Shown: piece by piece, positions 54,390-64,000 of the stretch
Position numbering within the stretch: the stretch's first letter is position 1
How the letters are laid out: each line of letters begins with the position of its first letter
DNA from: Octopus vulgaris
Taxonomy: Eukaryota
Length of the DNA: 64,000 nucleotides
Reading direction: 5' to 3'
Assembly (NCBI GenBank): GCA_951406725.2
Contig: OX597842.1
Location: 12,214,001 to 12,278,000 of the forward strand
Translations under genes and position numbers: made by a program
The notes under the pieces: generated by a model
Told to the model about the DNA's origin: nothing
Databases searched by the model: none
The model's input: only the letters and a program-made list of their open reading frames with translations

Positions 54390-54415
54390 CCACACGCATG
54401 CACACACACACACAC

Positions 54416-54458
<43 letters not shown>

Positions 54459-55265
54459 TCACACACACACACACATACACACGAACACACACACACAACA
54501 CACACACACAACACACACACACACACGAACACACACACACGAACACACACATATACATACATACACATACACACACACACACGAACACACACACGAACAC
54601 ACACATGCACACACACACACACGAACACACACACACACACACGAACACACACAAACACACACACACACAAACACACACACACACGAACACACACACACAC
54701 ACGAACACACACACATACACACACACACGAACACACACACACACACAGAGAAACATACGCAAACACACACACGAACGCTCAGAGAAAACACATACACACA
54801 ACGACAGACATACACACGCACATATACACACACATACACACACAGAGGCAAAAATACAGGCACACACAAACACACACGCATACACATACAGAAGGAAACA
54901 TACACACGCATACACACAAACACATGCGCACTGAATAACGCAGACAGACACGACATACATACACACAAAAACACACACACAAACACACAGACACAGGCTG
55001 ACATAAGGCAAACACACACATGCACACACACGCACGCGCGCACACACAAACACATACATATATACAGAGGCAAACATACACATGCACACACACACACAAA
55101 CACATAAACATACACACACAAACACACGCCCACACACAAAGACACATATACACAAAAACACACACACATACTCGCACGTACACGATCATACACACAACAC
55201 ACTTAGACACAAACACGCACGCATACACACACACAAACATACACAGACACACACATACACACACA
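54390..55265. repeat. Degenerate (CA)n array punctuated by CACGAACAC
   Basis: Directly visible. Confidence 0.9.
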
Positions 55266-55379
55266 TGTATATATAGAGAGAGAGAGAGAGAGGCGGAGGG
55301 AGGGCGGGAAGGACTTAGATATAACAATTTCTAAATTGAATACAATTCATATAAAAGCTTTCCTTCTCTTCATAGACAT

Positions 55380-55891
55380 AAGAAGAGAGAGAGAGGTGGA
55401 GAGAGAGAGAGAGAGAGGAGATGGGAGAGAGGGGAGGAATTAAGAGGAGGAGGTAAGAGGAGAGGTGGAGAGACAGAGAGGTGGAGAGAGAGACAGAGAG
55501 GTGGAGAGAGAGACAGAGAGGTGGAGAGAGAGAGAGAGAGGTGGAGAGACAGAGAGAGGTGGAGAGAGAGGAGGTGAGAGAGAGAGAGGGGGAGAGAGAG
55601 AGGAGGAGGTGAGAGAGGCAACCAGACAGAGGAAGATACAGAGAGAATATAGGAGAGAGTGAGGAGAGGGAGAGAGAGAGACAGAGGAAGATAAAGAGAA
55701 AATATAGGAGAGAGAGGGAGAGAGAGAGAGAGAGGAAGATAAAGAGAAAATATCGGAGAGAGAGAGGGAGAGAGAGAGAGAGGAAGATATAGAGAAAATA
55801 TAGGAGAGAGAGAGAGGGAGAGAGAGAGAGAGGAAGATACAGAGAAAATATAGGAGAGAGAGAGAGAGAGAAAGATATAGAGAAAATATAG

Positions 55892-55929
<38 letters not shown>

Positions 55930-55930
55930 C
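55380..55930. repeat. GA-rich minisatellites (~20-bp and ~50-bp units)
   Basis: gaggtggagagagagacaga repeats, then gaggaagata.agagaaaatataggagag repeats. Confidence 0.9.
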
Positions 55931-56493
55931 CTAATATATCAATTGAACACGACTGACATAAACCCACTCTTTGTCTCTTCATACGCATAAAGAGAAATAT
56001 GAGGGAGGGAGGGAGGGAGAGAGAGAGAGAAGGGGAAGAGAAGGGAGAGACAGAAAAGGAGGAAGACAAAGAGAAGCACTGAGAGAGAGAGAAAGAGAGA
56101 GAGAGAGACGGAGAGAGAACGGAGCAGGAAGTGACAGTGAGAGAACGAGAGACAGATTGAGTGAGTGAGGGGGGAGGGGAGAGGGAGGGAGGGGGCTATA
56201 AGTGGTGAATAAAAGGCAGGGAGAGGAGGGAGGGAAACAATACAAATATAACTGACATGAAGAGAAACATACTCTCACACACATAAGAAGAGACACATAC
56301 ACAGAAATAGGGGGAGAGAGTAAAACAGAGTGAGAGAGAGGAGAGGAAGAAAGAAAGACAATGAGAGAAACATTGAAAGAAGGGAAGCTGTCAAATAAGT
56401 CAGCATTGAACCATCGACGCCAAATAAGCGGCGCCAAAACTTGTCAACCAAAATCTGTCTATCTATCTATCTATCTATCTGTCTTTCTATCAG

Positions 56494-56576
<83 letters not shown>

Positions 56577-56593
56577 GTCTGTCTTTCTATCAG

Positions 56594-56655
<62 letters not shown>

Positions 56656-56656
56656 A

Positions 56657-56724
<68 letters not shown>

Positions 56725-56744
56725 GTCTTTCTATCAGTCTATCT

Positions 56745-56877
56745 ATTTTGATCGTTTTTTACAACGATCCTTTTTGATCGAAATTCTAACCCCACTCTTT
56801 TTCCTTCCCCAAAAGAAAAGCTCTACTTTGTATTTTGGCCCCTCTGTGTTCAGCCCTGTGTGGCCAATAAAGAAACC
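56745..56877 (+). mobile_element. 3' terminus of a Tx1/L1-like LINE in (CTAT)n
   Basis: Homologous to the 3' UTR at 57483-57600; ends ctctgtgttcagccctgtgtggccaataaagaaa. Confidence 0.6.
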
Positions 56878-56911
56878 TATCTATCTATCTCTATACACAC
56901 ACACACACACG

Positions 56912-56952
<41 letters not shown>

Positions 56953-57321
56953 ACACAAATAAGAAAATGGAGAAACAAATTCATCTCGTTCATCAACGGA
57001 TATTACAATTTTACATTATTTATTAATTATACAAATGAGAACATCAAAATCACACAAAACATTATATAAATCAATAGGTAATATAATAATAAAAATAATA
57101 CAAATACATATTTTAATAGTCATATTATAAATTATTAAAATTCATAAATCACTCCTTACAGCTGTTTCAGCCTATATATAGAGAGAGAAGGACGAGAGAA
57201 GGACGAGATGGACGCTTCATTTTTGCGCTGGTGCCGCATTATGTCGTACGCGAATGAGAGGATTTGCATCCCCAACGTAGAATTTTTGATGTAATACATG
57301 TCCTTGAGGTAGTAATTATGC

Positions 57322-57399
57322 GCGGCTGAAGAAAGCCATAGACACACATTATGCATTGTTATAAATCCGTCTAATAATGGCCCGAAACATATGCACCGC
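57322..57399 (+). ncRNA. Decayed type I hammerhead motif
   Basis: GCGG-CTGAAGA-..GCCAT...ATGGC..-GAAAC-ATAT-GCA-CCGC; U16.1 is changed to C and the base of stem II is mismatched. Confidence 0.6.
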
Positions 57400-57431
57400 T
57401 GAATCCTTGGCATCATGTTTTTATTTTGATT

Positions 57432-57482
<51 letters not shown>

Positions 57483-57484
<2 letters not shown>

Positions 57485-58005
57485 GTTTCTTTATTGGCCA
57501 CACAGGGCGGCACACAGATGGGACAAGTTACAAGGTAGAGCTTTTCTTTTGGGGGAGAAAAGAAAAAAAAGGTGGCGTAGGTTTTCGATCAAAAGGGATT
57601 GGAAAAGGGAAAAAAGAACAAAAAAAAGAAAAAACGAAAAAAAGGAAAAAGAAGAAAAAAAGAAAAAAGAAAAAAGAAAAAAAAGGGAAAAAAGAAAAGA
57701 AAAATGAAAAAAGAAGAAAAAAGAGGAAAAAAGGGGGGAGAGGAAAAAAAACGATCAATAGGGATCGTGTATCACAGTGTCATGATGTATGGTGTAAAGG
57801 GGAAAGCAAGTAAGGTTTATCCGTGGGAAGAAAAGCCTACGAAAAAGACCACGGTAACCTTGGTCAATATTGTTATATGTTACCACATTTGTTTGCAAGT
57901 GGGTAACCCTCTGTTTCAATTTCTGGGTTCATAGGATTATGCTCAAGGTGGCTTCGTCGTTCATACGTGCCATCCTTGCTACATTCACCCATCTTTTTTT
58001 AAAAC
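57483..58005 (-). mobile_element. 3' end of a Tx1/L1-like LINE (ORF2 C-terminus plus U-rich 3' UTR)
   Basis: FKKRWVNVARMARM...IIL* then a 3' UTR ending AATAAAGAAA; flanked by (GATA)n and (GA)n. The clade assignment is tentative. Confidence 0.55.
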
Positions 58006-58565
<560 letters not shown>

Positions 58566-59319
58566 TGGTGATTGTTTCATCTTCACATCTGATCGCTGTC
58601 TCCTTGTCCTTCGTCGTTGGCATTGATGACATTCTATCCATGACATCCCAGATGAGTACTCGTTCCCGCTGCACATCAACATGCTTTCGTTCTCAGGAGA
58701 CGGACGAAAATTGTAATTTAGTGTAGGCTTCCAACCGCTTAGGTCTGCGCACATCGCAACTCTTTAATCGCTGCAGGCGTTTCAGTGCTTGGAATGACAA
58801 ATGAAATCGCCCTGAATTGTAGTTTTAAGTATATTAAGCTCAATATGGACATCATCAATACTCGGCAAGAACACCAGAATTCGATTTTACCAAAGCAACA
58901 TACTTAGAAACCTCCGAATTTTGGAAAACAACCAAAAATATTGAAAAAAAATTGAAGGTGTTTCAAAATAAATTTTTAGGAAACATTTTGAAGGTCCACT
59001 GGCCGAATATGGTCTCGAATAGCCAATTACACACGAAAGCTAACGTCAAAATTCCATTAAAAATTGCCCATTTTCTGAAAGGTATGAGTGACGAAATCGG
59101 TCTCGTGTGAATTTTCCGTAACTCCTCACCTCACTCCCAGACCAATTCGTTTTTCACCATATATAATTAGAATCTACACAATCTGAAGCATATCTGTAGA
59201 AATTTTCTTTAAAAAATATCAATTTTTCTGAAAGTTATGAGGCAAAATGAAGCTCAACCGATCGAATATGATCTCGACACATTCAAGGCTAACTTGAAAC
59301 CAGTAAGAGGAACTTTTGA

Positions 59320-59890
59320 AGCAAGGAGATGGAAATGGCTGGGTCGAGTTTGTCTCTAGGAACCCAACTCGGATCTTTTCGGTTTGACCGGCAGTGTTTT
59401 TCTAGCGGTGTCATATGAAATTGTCACCCATAATTATGACCCTAGTATCGATCTATTGCATTTCAATCTCTTTTAGGGTTAGGGTTAGGGGGGGTTAAGA
59501 GTAATACGGCAGAGAATGTTTTCACCTCAATAGACGTCACTGATTGGTTGAAATTGCAGAAATTGAAGAAAAAACAACAACAAATATCTTACAAACTATA
59601 GAATTTTCTCAATAAAGCCAAGAGAAAAAGATGTTTTATAAACACATTCTACCAGTATACGAAGTTTAAAATTTTTTAGTTACCTAGAAATTGTGTTAAA
59701 AACTGCCGGTCAAACCGAAAAGATGCCCAAACTCAATTGTCAGGATTGCTTTGCAATGGGTTCTACAAGGGAAAAGATGACGAGGCCGACCAAAGGAAAC
59801 CTGGCGGAGATCAATAAAAGATCTTAAAAGCAGAAGGGTTAACAATGGAACGAGCTGTCAAGGACGCTTTCAGTGTTAGAAGGTGGAATG
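59320..59890 (+). pseudogene. RTE LINE ORF C-terminus interrupted by a MITE
   Basis: Removing 59371-59734 restores RRWKWLGRVCL*EPNSIVRIALQWVLQGKR*RGRPKETWRRSI. Confidence 0.8.
59371..59726. mobile_element. MITE with 25-bp TIRs, 8-bp TSD and internal (TTAGGG)3; Merlin-like
   Basis: ggatcttttcggtttgaccggcagt / actgccggtcaaaccgaaaagatgc; TSD cccaactc / ccaaactc. Confidence 0.8.
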
Positions 59891-60122
59891 AAGTTGCTGT
59901 ATATATTCATGTATGTTTGTACCCAAGTGATCACTTAGCACCCAATGTTGGTGTATTTACGTCCCCGAAATCTAGCGGTTCGGCAAAATAAATCAATAGA
60001 GTAAGTACTAGGCTTGCAAAAAGTAAGTCCTGGGGTTGATTTCTTCGACTAGAGGCGGTGCTCCAGCATCACCGCAGTCGAATGACTAAAACCTGTAGAA
60101 GTATGAAAAAGAATGTAAAAAA

Positions 60123-60160
<38 letters not shown>

Positions 60161-60430
60161 ACATATGTATATATATATTTGAGTAGTTGAATTAATTATC
60201 TTGTTATGGATAATTCGGTTAACCAATACCTGGGTAGCAAATTCACATCACTCTCTTCTCCTACTTCGTTTGAACCCTTGAACCTTTAGAACCTTCTAGA
60301 TTCTTCTACATCGAACCATTTTGACGTCACTCCTTATAAAGGAATTTTTTAAAGAGACACTCATTTTCGCTATGGGCTCCGTGTGAGCAGTCATCTAAAA
60401 GTTTTTTGTGCATCTTGATGTTGACATAAG

Positions 60431-60529
60431 TTCCTTGCTTTTCCTGATGAGAAAGCGGCATAATGTACTCCTTATTCCTTCGCAATCAGGAATATGCAGC
60501 CTTCGAAACATATGTCGAAACTAAAGGAA
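60431..60529 (+). ncRNA. Type I hammerhead ribozyme motif, same family as 7385-7480
   Basis: CTGATGA at 60444-60450; stem II GAAAGCGGCATA/TATGCAGCCTTC; GAAAC-ATAT-GTC (site 60516); stem I ttcctt..tttc/gaaa..aaggaa. Confidence 0.82.
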
Positions 60530-60569
60530 TTTTGTTAATTCGTCGTTCAACTCCATTCTTTTATATATT

Positions 60570-60646
<77 letters not shown>

Positions 60647-61029
60647 TATAAAATGAGATAGGGGTTGAAAATTCAACCCACCATGGGATAATATATATCC
60701 AATATACTGCTAGATAGGTACCCAACAAAATTAATACATAGGTATTACATGAGGTATGACTGTCCTCACTGCCGAAACAGCTGTCAGTTTTGATTTATTT
60801 GCATATTATATTTGAAATTTTTTACTTATATCTCTTTATCTTTTTACTTTTACTATTACTGTATATCTCATTTCATTTTATATATTGCCTTTACTCATAT
60901 GTAATGGTGTATTAAAGTATGGATTGAGTATCATCGGATAGTTGATGTTTTACTGATTTAAGTATGTTTCTCCATTCTCTAATTTTGTAGTATATATATG
61001 TATATATATATATATACATATACATAAAC

Positions 61030-61570
61030 ATAGTAAAAAGGGTAATAAAAAATAAATTATTATTACTAGTGGCCTAGCACAAAAGACGAATTAGTCATTA
61101 GACTATATATTATTCATATAGAAATACATTAAAAGGCTTCCAAATAAGGAAGCGCAGTGCTAGACACACAAAAAGGGGATAAATTCATGAAAGGAATGAA
61201 AATTAAAAGCATTTACCATCTCAGCTAAATCCCGGACCGAACGGTTTCTACCTATTTTTTAGCAAACACACAGAATATATTTGCCAGGCGAGGTTCTTCA
61301 GTGGGAAGCCTTCGTAATCCTGGACACACAGACTGTTAGAAGCACATTATAGATCTAACGGTTTGTATATCCTAACTTTTCAAACCTCTGCGCAGACGCA
61401 AATCATACCCGGCGAACAGAGAGGATGCCGGTAAAAAATTTACGAACAAATTTATCAAGCAATATTTATACATAATCAAATAGGGTAATTAAAAATACAT
61501 TATTATTACCAGTGACCCAACACAAAAGACGAATTAGTCATTAGACTATATATTTTTCGTATAGAAATAT
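61030..61570 (-). mobile_element. Partial-tandem PLE pLTR
   Basis: ~90-bp direct repeat at 61039-61126 and 61482-61569 (period ~443 bp) enclosing an HHR motif. Confidence 0.7.
61230..61306 (-). ncRNA. Type I hammerhead motif
   Basis: TCCCA-CTGAAGA-ACCT...AGGT-A-GAAACCG-TT-CGGTC-CGGGA. Confidence 0.65.
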
Positions 61571-61589
61571 AATATATATACATATATAT

Positions 61590-61928
61590 ACTCTCTTACT
61601 CTCTTACTTGTTTCAGTCATTTGACTGCGGCCATGCTGGAGCACCACATTTAGTCGAGCAAATCGACCCCGGGACTTATTCTTTATAAGCCCAGTACTTA
61701 TTCTATCGGTCTCTATTGCCGAACCGCTAAGTGACGGGGACGTAAACACACCAGCATCGGTTGTCAAGCAATGCTAGGGGGACAAACACAGACACACAAA
61801 CACACACACATACACACATATATATATATACATATATACGACAGGCTTCTTTCAGTTTCCGTCTACCAAATCCACTCACAAGGCATTGGTCGGCCCGGGG
61901 CTATAGCAGAAGACACTTGCCCAAGATG
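61590..61928 (-). mobile_element. SINE family A, 5'-truncated
   Basis: Reverse complement of consensus tail and body. Confidence 0.88.
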
Positions 61929-61939
61929 TATATACATAC

Positions 61940-62100
61940 ACATTTTCTCTCTCTGCTTATTTCTGTGTTCCTTTCTGTTGAAGAGCGCAGGTTCGAAACC
62001 TAAAATACTTTCTCATTTCACGAGCGTTAAGCTAACACATCTGTTTGTTGTTTACACACCGGTATTCGTCTCTTTTATTGTAAATTCCAACTATATACTA
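61940..62100 (+). mobile_element. Solo PLE pLTR with HHR-like motif (A6U family)
   Basis: cttt-CTGTTGA-A-GAGC-GCAG-GTTC-GAAA-CCTA-aaa at 61971-62005. Confidence 0.65.
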
Positions 62101-62199
62101 TAACTAGTCGATGAATTAAGTACCAGTTGCGCACTGTGGTCGATCTAATCGACTGGCCCCTTGCCCCCAAATTTCGGGCCTTGTGCCCAGGCTGAAAAA

Positions 62200-62795
62200 G
62201 AATAGTTACCATCTCTTTGTGTAGAATCGTGGTGCCGAAGAACTCATCACACATAACCATTTGCATGTGTCGCAACGGAGTTGTGAAAGCATTCCTGCAA
62301 TGGTCATTCAGTATTTCACTTATCCTCTCGGGGTCAGCAGTAGGTGAGGCCTGTTTCTCAAGCAGTGGCCGTATCTTGCACGGTCCTAAAGCAGACTCTT
62401 TTGCAAATCTATAGATTTTGGGGTTTGTCTTTATATTTCCTGCAGCCCTGGGTTCTTGCTCTGCCCTTAGCATTTCGTGTGTTTGAGTTCATTTTCAATC
62501 TCGAGCAATGATTGTTTGAGATGGAATCCTTTGCTAACCTTTAGTGGCCCCTTTAGAAGTTCTGGGGCTTTTCCTCGTCCTCTCATAGAATTCTTCTATC
62601 ACTGGGGATTAAGTTTTCCTGTTGGTTTCGAATACTCCCTGGAGCAAACTTACTGCATATGTCAGGCATGAATGACTCAAACAGTTGCAGCTTTATGTCA
62701 ATATCATCTGTAGAGAGACTGACAGACCGGTTTTGCTCCATGACCTCTTCCTCAATACCCTCCCAATCAGATTTATCAAAGTTTGGGCTGGAGAG
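62200..62795 (-). pseudogene. CR1-like LINE ORF2 fragment (between APE and RT)
   Basis: [10 protein letters not shown]..., NIKTNPKIYRFAK...IRPL...ISEILND...AFT. Confidence 0.65.
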
Positions 62796-62799
62796 TAAT

Positions 62800-63113
62800 C
62801 ATACACATACATATACACAGCCAAACACACACACAAACACAAACATATATATATATATAAATACACATATATACAACATATATACAACATATATATATAT
62901 ATAAATACACATACAAACACATACACACACATATATATATAAATATATACACATATAAAAAATGTATATATATATGTATATATGTATGTGTATATACATA
63001 TTTATGTGTGTATATATGTGTATATATATAAATATATATATACATGTATACACACACATATATATATATATACACTCACACACATATATATGGCCACACA
63101 AACACACAAGCAT

Positions 63114-63144
<31 letters not shown>

Positions 63145-63581
63145 CTTATGTGTGCGTATATATATATATATATATATACATGCATGTATGTATATATATA
63201 GGTATGTATGTGTGTATTTATATACATATACATATATATATATGTACACAGTACCAGACGTACGCATGCATGTATATATATGCTGTGTGTATATTATATA
63301 CGTGTATGGACGAGTGTATCTTGTGTACATACTCTCATTTATGAAAACTATCGATTTCAGATAAAAGTAAAAGCTCAACAAAACACGTCTAAATATTTCG
63401 CTTTTAATATTAATTTTACGTTGGCAAATTTAAAATATTGAATGTTACTTATATTAAGACGCTTAGAGTTAATGTAATACCACCACTCACACACACACAC
63501 ACACCCACACACACATATATATATACAAACAGACACAGAGTCACACACACAAACACACACGCTGTCGGATGTTTGTTTATG

Positions 63582-63633
<52 letters not shown>

Positions 63634-63700
63634 CACACACGCATATGCATACTCGCACGCGCAAACTCTTACACACACATATATATTTATATATATATCA

Positions 63701-63735
<35 letters not shown>

Positions 63736-63833
63736 CGTGTGTGTGTATGAGTGTGTATACATATCAATTTATTTGTACTGTTATCTTTTTCAAAGAAATT
63801 TTCATCTTTTTATATATAGACATATATATGTGT

Positions 63834-63905
<72 letters not shown>
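62800..63905. repeat. (TA)n/(CA)n microsatellite field
   Basis: Directly visible. Confidence 0.95.
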
Positions 63906-63906
<1 letters not shown>

Positions 63907-64000
63907 CACACTGTCTGGCGTCTACACACACACATATTCTTTTATTCTTTTTAATCATTTCAGCCATTTGAGTGCAGCCATGCTGGAGCACTGCCTTTAG

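Overview
Animal intergenic or intronic DNA, almost entirely repeats. The SINE families and the extreme (TA)n/(GATA)n/(AAT)n/(CA)n load strongly suggest an octopus/coleoid cephalopod genome (inference). I find no host protein-coding exon; nearly all ORF-track entries are translated microsatellites. The real coding content is transposon-derived: a near full-length R4/Dong RLE-type LINE (48675-52163, minus) in a (TAA)n array plus two further Dong fragments, a 5'-truncated Neptune-type Penelope-like element (PLE; RT + GIY-YIG, 39906-41099, minus), decayed GIY-YIG pieces of a second PLE clade, and Helitron, RTE, Tx1/L1-like and CR1-like fragments. There are four tRNA-derived SINE families (A-D here), some in tandem arrays. 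The most notable signal is a dense set of short PLE pseudo-LTR (pLTR) insertions, mostly in (TA)n and often fold-back, that carry type I hammerhead ribozyme (HHR) motifs with palindromic minimal stem III. These include canonical cores and recurrent non-canonical cores: a G3:C8 swap (GUGAACA), A6U (CUGUNGA) and U4C (CCGACGA). A tRNA-His copy with a Gln (TTG) anticodon is also fused to a LINE/SINE-type 3' tail. All RNA folds were done by eye; no activity or database result is claimed.
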